From assembly GCA_964016885.1 (NCBI GenBank), contig OZ024743.1:337962001-338026000 (forward strand): a stretch of 64,000 nucleotides of DNA, written 5' to 3'. Source of the stretch: Eledone cirrhosa. Taxonomy: Eukaryota. Under the pieces are notes generated by a model. The model ran no database searches. It worked only from the letters and a program-made list of their open reading frames with translations, and was not told where the DNA came from. A program made the position numbers and the translations under genes. Shown here one piece after another: positions 38,740 through 52,749 of this stretch (position 1 is the stretch's first letter; every line of letters begins with the position of its first letter).

Positions 38740-41700
38740 ACACTTTAGTATGCGGTCGATCTACCTGGTCTTTTACACTTTAGCAGGCGGTCTATCTACC
38801 TTGTCTTTTACACTTTAGCATGCGGTCTATCTACCTGGTCTTTTACACTTGAGCATGCGGTCTATCTACCTGGTCTTTTTACAGGTTAGCATGCGTTCTA
38901 TCTACCTGGTCTTTTACAATTGAGCATGCAGTCTATCTACCTGGTCTTTTACAACGTAGCATGCGGTCTATCTACCTGGTCTTTTACACTGAGGCATGCG
39001 GTCTATCTACCTGGTCTTTTACACTTTAACATGCTGTCTATCTACCTGGTCTTTTACACTTTAGCATGCGTTCAAACTACCTGCCCTTTTACACTTTAGC
39101 ATGCAGTCTATCTACCTGGTCTTTTACACTTTAGTATGCGGTCTATCTACCTGGTCTTTTACACTTCAGCATGCAGTCTATCTACCTGGTCTTTTACACT
39201 TTAGCATGCAGTCTATCTACCTGGTATTTTACATTTTAGCATGTGTCTATCTACCTATTCTTTTACACTGCAGCATGTGGTCTATCTACCTGGTCGTTTA
39301 CACTTTGGCATGCAGTCTATCTACCTGCCCTTTTACACTTTAGCATGCAGTCTATCCACCTGGTCTTTTACACTTTAGTATGCGGTCTATCTACCTGGTC
39401 TTTTACACTTCAGCATGCAGTCTATCTACCTGGTCTTTTACCCTTCAGCATGCAGTCTATCTACCTGGTGTTTTACACTTTAGCATGCGGTCTATCTACC
39501 TGGTCTTTTCAACTTTAGCAAGCGGTCTATCTACCTGGTCTTTTACAATTTAGCATGGGGTCTATCTACCTGGTCTTTTACACTTTAGCAGGCGGTCTAT
39601 CTACCTGGTCTTTTACACTTTATCATGCGGTCTATCTACCTGCTCTTTTTACAGTTTAGCATGCGTTCTATCTACCTGGTCCTTTACAATTGAGCATGCA
39701 GTCTATCTACCTGGTCTTTTACAACGTAGCATGCGGTCTATCTACCTGGTCTTTTACACTGAGGCATGCGGTCTATCTACCTGGTCTTTTACACTTTAAC
39801 ATGCTGTCTATCTACCTGGTCATTTACACTTTAGCATGCGTTCAAACTACCTGCCCTTTTACAATTTAGCATGCAGTCTATCGACCTGGTCTTTTACACT
39901 TTAGTATGCGGTCTATCTACCTGGTCTTTTACACTTCAGCATGCAGTCTATCTACCTGGTCTTTTACACTTTAGCATGCAGTCTATCTACCTGGTATTTT
40001 ACATTTTAGCATGTGTCTATCTACCTAGTCTTTTACACTGCAGCATGTGGTCTATCTACCTGGTCTTTTACACTTTGGCATGCAGTCTATCTACCTGACC
40101 TTTTACACTTTAGCATGCAGTCTATCTACCTGGTCTTTTACACTTTAGTATGCGGTCTATCTACCTGGTCTTTTACACTTCATCATGCAGTCTATCTACC
40201 TAGTCTTTTACACTTTAGCATGCAGTCTATCTACCTGGTATTTTACATTTTAGCATGTCTATCGACCTGGTCTTTTACACTGCAGCATGTGGTCTATCTA
40301 CCTGGTCTTTTACACTTTGGCATGCAGTCTAGCTACCTGGTCTTTTACACTTTAGCATGCGGTCTATCTACCTGGTCCTTTACACTTTAGCATGAGGTCT
40401 ATCTACCTGGTCTTTTTACACTGTAGCATGCTTTATATCTACACTTTAGCATGTGGTCCATCTACCTGGTCATTTAAACATTAGCATGCAGTCTATCTAC
40501 CTGGTCTTTCACACTTTACCATGCAGTCTATCTACTTGGTCTTTTACACTTAGAGCATGCGGTCTATCTACCTGGTCTTTTACACTTTAGCATGCGGTCT
40601 ATCTATTTGATCTTTTATACTTTAGCATGCAGTCTATCTACCTGGTCTTTTACACTTCAGCATGCTGTCTATCTACCTGGTCCTTTACACTTTAGCATGC
40701 AGTCTATCTAGCTGTTCTTTTACACTGCAGCATGTGGTCTATCTACCTGGTCTTTTACACTTAGAGCATGCAGTCTATCTACCTGGTCTTTTACACTTTA
40801 GCATCCGATCTATCTCCCTATTCTTTTACACTTTAGCATGCGGTCTATCTACCTGGTCTTTTACACTTTAGCATGCGGTATATCTAACTGGTCTTTTTAC
40901 AATGTAGCATGCTTTATATCTACCTGATCTTTTACACTTTAGCATGCGTTCTATCTCGCTGGTCTTTTACACTTTAGCATGAAGTCTATCTACTTGGTCT
41001 TTTCCACTTTAGCATGCGTTCTATCTACCTGGTCTTTTACACTTTAGCATGCCGTCTATCTACCTGGTCTTTTACACTTTAGCAGGTGGTCTATCTACCT
41101 TGTCTTTTACACTTTAGCATGCGGTCTATCTACCTGGTCTTTTACACTTTAGCATGCGGTCTATCTACCTGGTCTTTTACACTTTAGCATGCGGTATATC
41201 TACCTGGTCTTTTTACAATGTAGCATGCTTTATATCTACCTGATCTTTTACACTTTAGCATGCGTTCTATCTCGCTAGTCTTTTACACTTTATCATGCGT
41301 TCTATCTACCTGGTCTTTTACACTTTAGTATGCGGTCGATCTACCTGGTCTTTTACACTTTAGCAGGCGGTCTATCTACCTGGTCTTTTACACTTTAGCA
41401 TGCGGTCTATCTACCTGGTCTTTTACACTTGAGCATGCGGTCTATCTACTTGGTCTTTTTACAGGTTAGCATGCGTTCTATCTACCTGGTCTTTTACAAT
41501 TGAGCATGCAGTCTATCTACCTGGTCTTTTACAACGTAGCATGCGGTCTATCTACCTGGTCTTTTACACTGAGGCATGCGGTCTATCTACCTGGTCTTTT
41601 ACACTTTAACATGCTGTCTATCTACCTGGTCATTTACACTTTAGCATGCGTTCAAACTACCTGCCCTTTTACACTTTAGCATGCAGTCTATCTACCTGGT

Positions 41701-44700
41701 CTTTTACACTTTAGTATGCGGTCTATCTACCTGGTCTTTTACACTTCAGCATGCAGTCTATCTACCTGGTCTTTTACACTTTAGCATGCAGTCTATCTAC
41801 CTGGTATTTTACATTTTAGCATGTGTCTATCTACCTATTCTTTTACACTGCAGCATGTGGTCTATCTACCTGGTCGTTTACACTTTGGCATGCAGTCTAT
41901 CTACCTGCCCTTTTACACTTTAGCATGCAGTCTATCCACCTGGTCTTTTACACTTTAGTATGCGGTCTATCTACCTGGTCTTTTACACTTCAGCATGCAG
42001 TCTATCTACCTGGTGTTTTACACTTTAGCATGCGGTCTATCTACCTGGTCTTTTCAACTTTAGCAAGCGGTCTATCTACCTGGTCTTTTACAATTTAGCA
42101 TGCGGTCTATCTACCTGGTCTTTTACACTTTAGCAGGCGGTCTATCTACCTGGTCTTTTACACTTTATCATGCGGTCTATCTACCTGCTCTTTTTACAGT
42201 TTAGCATGCGTTCTATCTACTTGGCCTTTTACAATTGAGCATGCAGTCTATCTACCTGGTCTTTTACAACGTAGCATGCGGTCTATCTACCTGGTCTTTT
42301 ACACTGAGGCATGCGGTCTATCTACCTGGTCTTTTACACTTTAGCATGCGTTCAAACTACCTGCCCTTTTACACTTTAGCATGCAGTCTATCGACCTGGT
42401 CTTTTACACTTTAGTATGCGGTCTATCTACCTAGTCTTTTACACTGCAGCATGTGGTCTATCTACCTGGTCTTTTACACTTTGGCATGCAGTCTATCTAC
42501 CTGACCTTTTACACTTTAGCATGCAGTCTATCTACCTGGTCTTTTACACTATAGTATGCGGTCTATCTACCTGGTCTTTTACACTTCATCATGCATTCTA
42601 TCTACCTAGTCTTTTACACTTTAGCATGCAGTCTATCTACCTGGTATTTTACATTTTAGCATGTCTATCGACCTGGTCTTTTACACTGCAGCATGTGGTC
42701 TATCTACCTGGTCTTTTACACTTTGGCATGCAGTCTATCTACCTGGTCTTTTACACTTTAGCATGCGGTCTATCTACCTGGTCCTTTACACTTTAGCATG
42801 AGGTCTATCTACCTGGTCATTTTACACTGTAGCATGCTTTATATCTACACTTTAGCATGTGGTCCATCTACCTGGTCATTTAAACATTAGCATGCAGTCT
42901 ATCTACCTGGTCTTTCACACTTTACCATGCAGTCTATCTACTTGGTCTTTTACACTTAGAGCATGCGGTCTATCTACCTGGTCTTTTACACTTTAGCATG
43001 CGGTCTATCTATTTGATCTTTTATACTTTAGCATGCAGTCTATCTACCTGGTCTTTTACACTTCAGCATGCTGTCTATCTACCTGGTCTTTTACACTTTA
43101 GCATGCAGTCTATCTAGCTGGTCTTTTACACTGCAGCATGTGGTCTATCTACCTGGTCTTTTACACTTAGAGCATGCAGTCTATCTACCTGGTCTTTTAC
43201 ACTTTAGCATCCGATCTATCTCCCTATTCTTTTACACTTTAGCATGCGGTCTATCTACCTGGTCTTTTACACTTTAGCATGCGGTATATCTAACTGGTCC
43301 TTTTACAATGTAGCATGCTTTATATCTACCTGATCTTTTACACTTTAGCATGCGTTCTATCTCGCTGGTCTTTTACACTTTAGCATGAAGTCTATCTACT
43401 TGGTCTTTTACACCTTAGCATGCGTTCTATCTACCTGGTCTTTTACACTTTAGCATGCCGTCTATCTACCTGGTCTTTTACACTTTAGCAGGTGGTCTAT
43501 CTACCTTGTCTTTTACACTTTAGCATGCGGTCTATCTACCTGGTCTTTTACACTTTAGCATGCGGTCTATCTACCTGGTCTTTTTACAGTTTAGCATGCG
43601 TTCTATCTACCTGGTCTTTTACACTTTAGAATGCAGTCTATCTACCTGGTCTTTTACACTTTAGTATGCGGTCTATCTACCTGGTCTTTTACACTTCAGC
43701 ATGCAGTCTACCTACCTGGTCTTTTACACTTTAGCATGCAGTCTATCTACCTGGTATTTTACATTTTAGCATGTCTATCTACCTGGTCTTTTACACTGCA
43801 GCATGTGGTCTATCTACCTGGTCTTTTACACTTTAGCATGCGGTCTATCTACCTGGTCTTTTACACTTTAGCATGCGGTCTATCTACCTGGTCTTTTTAC
43901 AGTTTAGCATGCGTTCTATCTACCTGGTCTTTTACACTTTAGCATGCAGTCTATCTACTTGGTCTTTTACACTTTAGCATGCGTTCTATCTACCTGGTCT
44001 TTTTCACTTCAGTATGCGGTTTATCTACCTGGTCTTTTACACTTAGAGCATGCGGTCTATCTACCTGGTCTTTTACACTTTAGCATGCGGTCTATCTACT
44101 TCATCTTTTATACTTTAGCCTGCAGTCTATCTACCTGGTCTTTTACACTTCAGCATGCTGTCCATCATCCTGGTCTTTTACACTTTAGCATGCAGTCTAT
44201 CTACCTGGTCTTTTCCACTGCAGCATGTGGTCTATCTACCTGGTCTTTTACACTTTAGCATGCAGTCTATCTACCTGGTCTTTTACACTTTAGCATCCGG
44301 TCTATCTCCCTATTCTTTTACACTTTAGCATGCGGTCTATCTACCTGGTCTTATACACTTTAGCATGCGGTATATCTACCTGGTCTTTTTGCAATGTAGC
44401 ATGCTTTATATCTACCTGGTCTTTTACACTTTAGCATGTGGTCTATCTACCTGGTATTTTACACTTTAGCATGCTGTCTATCTACCTGGTCTTTTACTCT
44501 TTAGCATGGGGTCCATCTACCTCGTCTTTTACACTTTAGCATGTAGTCTATCTACCTGGTCTTTTACACTGCAGCATGTGGTTTATCTACCTGGTCTATT
44601 ACACTTTAGAATGCAGTCTATCTACCTGGTCTTTTACACTTTAGCATGCGGTCTTTCTCGCTGGTCTTTTACACTTTAGCATGCGGTCTATCTAAGTGGT

Positions 44701-47700
44701 CTTTTACACTTTAGCATGCAGTCTATCTATCTGGTCTTTTTACACTTTAGCATGCAGTCTATCTACCTGGTCTTTTACACTTTAGCATGCAGTCTATCTA
44801 CCTGGTCTTTTTACACTTTAGCATGCAGTCTATCTACCTGGTCTTTTACACTTTAGCAGAAGGTCTACCTACCTTGTCTTTTACTCTTTAACGGTCAGTC
44901 TATCTACCTGGTCTTTTACACTTCAGCATGCAGTCTATCTACCTAGTCTTTTACACTTTAGCATGCGGTCTATCTACCTGGTCTTTTTACACTTTAGCAT
45001 GCTGTCTATCTACCTGGTCATTTACACTTTAGCTGGCAGTCTATCTACCTGCTCTCTTACACTGCGGCATGTGGTCTATCCACCTGGTCTTTTACACTGC
45101 AGCATGTGTTTTATCTACCTGGTCTATTACACTTTAGCATGCAGTCTATCTACCTGGTCTTTTACACTTTAGCATGCGGTCTATCCCGCTGGTCTTTTAC
45201 ACTTTAGCATGCGGTCTATCTACCTGGTCTTTTACACTTTAGTATGCGGTCGATCTACCTGGTCTTTTACACTTTAGCAGGCGGTCTATCTACCTTGTCT
45301 TTTACACTTTAGCATGCGGTCTATCTACCTGGTCTTTTACACTTGAGCATGCGGTCTATCTACCTGGTCTTTTTACAGGTTAGCATGCGTTCTATCTACC
45401 TGGTCTTTTACAATTGAGCATGCAGTCTATCTACCTGGTCTTTTACAACGTAGCATGCGGTCTATCTACCTGGTCTTTTACACTGAGGCATGCGGTCTAT
45501 CTACCTGGTCTTTTACACTTTAACATGCTGTCTATCTACCTGGTCTTTTACACTTTAGCATGCGTTCAAACTACCTGCCCTTTTACACTTTAGCATGCAG
45601 TCTATCTACCTGGTCTTTTACACTTTAGTATGCGGTCTATCTACCTGGTCTTTTACACTTCAGCATGCAGTCTATCTACCTGGTCTTTTACACTTTAGCA
45701 TGCAGTCTATCTACCTGGTATTTTACATTTTAGCATGTGTCTATCTACCTATTCTTTTACACTGCAGCATGTGGTCTATCTACCTGGTCGTTTACACTTT
45801 GGCATGCAGTCTATCTACCTGCCCTTTTACACTTTAGCATGCAGTCTATCCACCTGGTCTTTTACACTTTAGTATGCGGTCTATCTACCTGGTCTTTTAC
45901 ACTTCAGCATGCAGTCTATCTACCTGGTCTTTTACCCTTCAGCATGCAGTCTATCTACCTGGTGTTTTACACTTTAGCATGCGGTCTATCTACCTGGTCT
46001 TTTCAACTTTAGCAAGCGGTCTATCTACCTGGTCTTTTACAATTTAGCATGGGGTCTATCTACCTGGTCTTTTACACTTTAGCAGGCGGTCTATCTACCT
46101 GGTCTTTTACACTTTATCATGCGGTCTATCTACCTGCTCTTTTTACAGTTTAGCATGCGTTCTATCTACCTGGTCCTTTACAATTGAGCATGCAGTCTAT
46201 CTACCTGGTCTTTTACAACGTAGCATGCGGTCTATCTACCTGGTCTTTTACACTGAGGCATGCGGTCTATCTACCTGGTCTTTTACACTTTAACATGCTG
46301 TCTATCTACCTGGTCATTTACACTTTAGCATGCGTTCAAACTACCTGCCCTTTTACAATTTAGCATGCAGTCTATCGACCTGGTCTTTTACACTTTAGTA
46401 TGCGGTCTATCTACCTGGTCTTTTACACTTCAGCATGCAGTCTATCTACCTGGTCTTTTACACTTTAGCATGCAGTCTATCTACCTGGTATTTTACATTT
46501 TAGCATGTGTCTATCTACCTAGTCTTTTACACTGCAGCATGTGGTCTATCTACCTGGTCTTTTACACTTTGGCATGCAGTCTATCTACCTGACCTTTTAC
46601 ACTTTAGCATGCAGTCTATCTACCTGGTCTTTTACACTTTAGTATGCGGTCTATCTACCTGGTCTTTTACACTTCATCATGCAGTCTATCTACCTAGTCT
46701 TTTACACTTTAGCATGCAGTCTATCTACCTGGTATTTTACATTTTAGCATGTCTATCGACCTGGTCTTTTACACTGCAGCATGTGGTCTATCTACCTGGT
46801 CTTTTACACTTTGGCATGCAGTCTAGCTACCTGGTCTTTTACACTTTAGCATGCGGTCTATCTACCTGGTCCTTTACACTTTAGCATGAGGTCTATCTAC
46901 CTGGTCTTTTTACACTGTAGCATGCTTTATATCTACACTTTAGCATGTGGTCCATCTACCTGGTCATTTAAACATTAGCATGCAGTCTATCTACCTGGTC
47001 TTTCACACTTTACCATGCAGTCTATCTACTTGGTCTTTTACACTTAGAGCATGCGGTCTATCTACCTGGTCTTTTACACTTTCGCATGCGGTCTATCTAT
47101 TTGATCTTTTATACTTTAGCATGCAGTCTATCTACCTGGTCTTTTACACTTCAGCATGCTGTCTATCTACCTGGTCCTTTACACTTTAGCATGCAGTCTA
47201 TCTAGCTGTTCTTTTACACTGCAGCATGTGGTCTATCTACCTGGTCTTTTACACTTAGAGCATGCAGTCTATCTACCTGGTCTTTTACACTTTAGCATCC
47301 GATCTATCTCCCTATTCTTTTACACTTTAGCATGCGGTCTATCTACCTGGTCTTTTACACTTTAGCATGCGGTATATCTAACTGGTCTTTTTACAATGTA
47401 GCATGCTTTATATCTACCTGATCTTTTACACTTTAGCATGCGTTCTATCTCGCTGGTCTTTTACACTTTAGCATGAAGTCTATCTACTTGGTCTTTTCCA
47501 CTTTAGCATGCGTTCTATCTACCTGGTCTTTTACACTTTAGCATGCCGTCTATCTACCTGGTCTTTTACACTTTAGCAGGTGGTCTATCTACCTTGTCTT
47601 TTACACTTTAGCATGCGGTCTATCTACCTGGTCTTTTACACTTTAGCATGCGGTCTATCTACCTGGTCTTTTACACTTTAGCATGCGGTATATCTACCTG

Positions 47701-49290
47701 GTCTTTTTACAATGTAGCATGCTTTATATCTACCTGATCTTTTACACTTTAGCATGCGTTCTATCTCGCTAGTCTTTTACACTTTATCATGCGTTCTATC
47801 TACCTGGTCTTTTACACTTTAGTATGCGGTCGATCTACCTGGTCTTTTACACTTTAGCAGGCGGTCTATCTACCTGGTCTTTTACACTTTAGCATGCGGT
47901 CTATCTACCTGGTCTTTTACACTTGAGCATGCGGTCTATCTACTTGGTCTTTTTACAGGTTAGCATGCGTTCTATCTACCTGGTCTTTTACAATTGAGCA
48001 TGCAGTCTATCTACCTGGTCTTTTACAACGTAGCATGCGGTCTATCTACCTGGTCTTTTACACTGAGGCATGCGGTCTATCTACCTGGTCTTTTACACTT
48101 TAACATGCTGTATATCTACCTGGTCATTTACACTTTAGCATGCGTTCAAACTACCTGCCCTTTTACACTTTAGCATGCAGTCTATCTACCTGGTCTTTTA
48201 CACTTTAGTATGCGGTCTATCTACCTGGTCTTTTACACTTCAGCATGCAGTCTATCTACCTGGTCTTTTACACTTTAGCATGCAGTCTATCTACCTGGTA
48301 TTTTACATTTTAGCATGTGTCTATCTACCTATTCTTTTACACTGCAGCATGTGGTCTATCTACCTGGTCGTTTACACTTTGGCATGCAGTCTATCTACCT
48401 GCCCTTTTACACTTTAGCATGCAGTCTATCCACCTGGTCTTTTACACTTTAGTATGCGGTCTATCTACCTGGTCTTTTACACTTCAGCATGCAGTCTATC
48501 TACCTGGTGTTTTACACTTTAGCATGCGGTCTATCTACCTGGTCTTTTCAACTTTAGCAAGCGGTCTATCTACCTGGTCTTTTACAATTTAGCATGCGGT
48601 CTGTCTACCTGGTCTTTTACACTTTAGCAGGCGGTCTATCTACCTGGTCTTTTACACTTTATCATGCGGTCTATCTACCTGCTCTTTTTACAGTTTAGCA
48701 TGCGTTCTATCTACCTGGCCTTTTACAATTGAGCATGCAGTCTATCTACCTGGTCTTTTACAACGTAGCATGCGGTCTATCTACCTGGTCTTTTACACTG
48801 AGGCATGCGGTCTATCTACCTGGTCTTTTACACTTTAACATGCTGTCTATCTACCTGGTCTTTTACACTTTAGCATGCGTTCAAACTACCTGCCCTTTTA
48901 CACTTTAGCATGCAGTCTATCGACCTGGTCTTTTACACTTTAGTATGCGGTCTATCTACCTAGTCTTTTACACTGCAGCATGTGGTCTATCTACCTGGTC
49001 TTTTACACTTTGGCATGCATCTATCTACCTGACCTTTTACACTTTAGCATGCAGTCTATCTACCTGGTCTTTTACACTATAGTATGCGGTCTATCTACCT
49101 GGTCTTTTACACTTCATCATGCATTCTATCTACCTAGTCTTTTACACTTTAGCATGCAGTCTATCTACCTGGTATTTTACATTTTAGCATGTCTATCTAC
49201 CTGGTCTTTTACACTGCAGCATGTGGTCTATCTACCTGGTCTTTTACACTTTGGCATGCAGTCTATCTACCTGGTCTTTTACATTTTAGC
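38740..49290 (+). repeat. 6,494-bp-offset duplication (about 38.7-42.8 kb copied at about 45.2-49.3 kb), built on a 2.4-2.6-kb sub-period
   Basis: Pseudo-ORFs at 39101/45595, 39871/46365, 40662/47156 and 41681/48175 all show offset 6494. Sub-periods: 37326/39871 (2545), 39101/41681 (2580), 40662/43068 (2406). Confidence 0.9.
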
Positions 49291-52200
49291 ATGTGGTCTA
49301 TCTACCTGGTCTTTTACACTTTAGCATGCGGTCTTTCTACCTGGTCTTTTACACTTTAGCATGCGGTGTATCTACCTGGTCTTTTACACTTTATCATGCG
49401 TTCTATCTACCTGGTCTTTTACACTTTAGCATGCAGTCTATCTACCTGGTTTCTTACGCAGCGGCATGTGGTCTATCTACCTGGTCTTTTACACTTCAGC
49501 ATGTGGTTTAACTACCTAGTCTATTACACTATAGCATGCCGTCTTTCTACTTGGTCTGTTACACTTTAGCATGCGGTCTATCTACCTGGACTTTTTACAC
49601 TGTAGCATGCTTTATATCTACACTTTAGCATGCGGTCCATCTACCTGGTCATTTAAACTTTAGCATGCAGTCTATCTACCTGGTCTTTCACACTTTAGCA
49701 TGCGTTCTATCTCGCTGGTCTTTTACACTTTAGCATGCAGTCTATCTACTTGGTCTTTTACACTTTAGCATGCGGTTTATCTACCTGGTCTTTTACACTT
49801 AGAGCATGCGGTATATCTACCTGGTCTTTTACACTTTAGCATGCGGTCGATCTACTTGATCTTTTATAATTTAGCATGCTGTCTATCTACATGGTCTTTT
49901 ACACTGCAGCATGTGGTCTATCTACCTGGTCTTTTACACTTTAGCATGCAGTCTATCTACCTGGTCTTTTACACTTTAGCATCCGGTCTATCTCCCTATT
50001 CTTTTACACTTTAGCATGCGGTCTATCTACCTGGTCTTTTACACTTTATCATGCGGTATATCTACCTGGTCTTTTTACAATGTAGCATGCTTTATATCTA
50101 CCTGGTCTTTTACATTTTAGCATGCGTTCTATCTCGCTGGTCTTTTACACTTTAGCATGCAGTCTATCTACTTGGTCTTTTACACTTTAGCATGCGTTCT
50201 ATCTACCTGGTCTTTTTCACTTCAGTATGCGGTTTATCTACCTGGTCTTTTACACTTAGAGCATGCGGTCTATCTACCTGGTCTTTTACACTTTAGCATG
50301 CGGTCTATCTACTTCATCTTTTATACTTTAGCCTGCAGTCTATCTACCTGGTCTTTTACACTTCAGCATGCTGTCCATCATCCTGGTCTTTTACACTTTA
50401 GCATGCAGTCTATCTACCTGGTCTTTTCCACTGCAGCATGTGGTCTATCTACCTGGTCTTTTACACTTTAGCATGCAGTCTATCTACCTGGTCTTTTACA
50501 CTTTAGCATCCGGTCTATCTCCCTATTCTTTTACACTTTAGCATGCGGTCTATCTACCTGGTCTTATACACTTTAGCATGCGGTATATCTACCTGGTCTT
50601 TTTACAATGTAGCATGCTTTATATCTACCTGGTCTTTTACACTTTAGCATGTGGTCTATCTACCTGGTATTTTACACTTTAGCATGCTGTCTATCTACCT
50701 GGTCTTTTACTCTTTAGCATGGGGTCCATCTACCTCGTCTTTTACACTTTAGCATGTAGTCTATCTACCTGGTCTTTTACACTGCAGCATGTGGTTTATC
50801 TACCTGGTCTATTACACTTTAGAATGCAGTCTATCTACCTTGTCTTTTGCACTTTAGCATGCGGTCTATCTACCTGGTCTTTTACACTTTAGCATGCGGT
50901 CTGTCTACCTGGTCTTTTACACTTTAGCAGGCGGTCTATCTACCTGGTCTTTTACACTGCAGCATGTGGTTTATCTACCTGGTCTTTTACACTTTAGCAT
51001 GCGGTCTATCTACCTGGTCTTTTACACTTTAGCATGCACACTATCTACTCTGTCTTTTTACACTTTAGCATGCAGTCTATCTACCTGGTCTTTTTAAACT
51101 TTAGCATGCGGTCCATATATCTGGTCTTTTAAACTTTAGCATGCGGTCTATCTACCTGGTCTTTTACATCTTACCATGCGGTCTATCTACCTGGTCTTTT
51201 TACACTTGAGCATGCAGTCTATCTACCTGGTCTTTTACACTTTAGTGTGCGGTCGATCTACCTGGTCTTTTACACTTTAGCAGGCGTTCTATCTACCTTG
51301 TCTTGTACCCTTTAACATGCAGTCTCTCTACCTGGTCTTTTACACTTTAGCATGCAGTCTATCTACCTGGTGTTTTACAGTTTAGCATGCGGTCTATCTA
51401 CCTGGTCTTTTACACTGCAGCCTGTGGTTTATCTACCTGGTCTATTACACTTTAGCATGCAGTCTATCTACCTGGTCTTTTTACACTTTAGCATGCAGTC
51501 TATCTAGCTGGTCTTTTTACACTTTAGCATGCGGTCTATCTACCTGGTATTTTTACACTTTAGCATGCCGTCTATCTACCTGGTCTTTTACACTTCAGCA
51601 TGCGGTCTATCTACCTGGTCTTTTACACTTTAGCATGCCTTCTATCTAGCTGGTCTTCTACACTTGAGCAGTCGGTCTATCTACCTTGTCTTTTACCCTT
51701 TAACATGCAGTCTATCTACCTGGTCTATTACACTTTAGCATGCAGTCTATCTACCTGGTCTTTTACACTTTAGCATGCGGTCTATCCCGTTGGTCTTTTA
51801 CACTTTAGCATGCGGTCTATCTACCTGGTCTATTACACTTTAGCATGCGGTCTATTTACCTGGTCTTTTACACTTTAGCATGCGGTCTATTTACCTGGTC
51901 TATTAAACTTTAGCATACAGTCTATGTACCAGGTCTTTTACAGTTTAGCATGCAGTCTATTTACCTTGTCTTTTACACTTTAGCAGGCGGTCTATCTACC
52001 TTGTCTTTGTCACTTTAACATGCAGTCTATCTACCTGGTCTTTTACACTTTAGCATGCGGTCTATCTACCTGGTCTTTTACACTTTAGCATGCGGTCTAT
52101 CTACCTGGTCTTTTACCCTTTAACATGCGGTCTATCTACCTGGTCTTTTACACTTTAACATGCAGTCTATCTACCTGGTCTTTTACACTTTAGCATGCGG

Positions 52201-52749
52201 TCTATCTACCTGGTCATTTACACTTTAGCATGCGGTCTATCTACCTGGTCTTTTACAATTTAGCTTACTTTCTATCTAACTGGTCTTTTACACTTTAGCA
52301 TGCAGTCTATCTACCGAGTCTTTTACACTTTAGCATGCGGTCTATCTACCTGGTCTTTTACAATTTAGCATGCGATCTATCTACCTGGTCTTTTACACTT
52401 TAACATGCGGTGTATCTCCCTGGTCTTTTACACCGTAGCATGCTTTATATCTACCTGGTCTTTTACACTTTAGCATGCGGTCTATCTACCTGGTCTTTTA
52501 CACTGAGGCATACGGTCTATCTACCTGGTCTTTTACACTTTAACTTGTGGTCTATCAACCTGGTCTTTTACACTTTAGCATGGGTCTCTCTACCTGGTCT
52601 TTCACACTTTATCATGCGGTCTATCTACCTTGTCTTTTACACTTTAGCATGCGGTCTATCTACCTGGTCTTTTACACTTTAGCATGCAGTCTATCTAGCT
52701 GGTCTTTTTACACTTTAGCATGCGGTCTATCTACCTGGTCTTTTTACAC

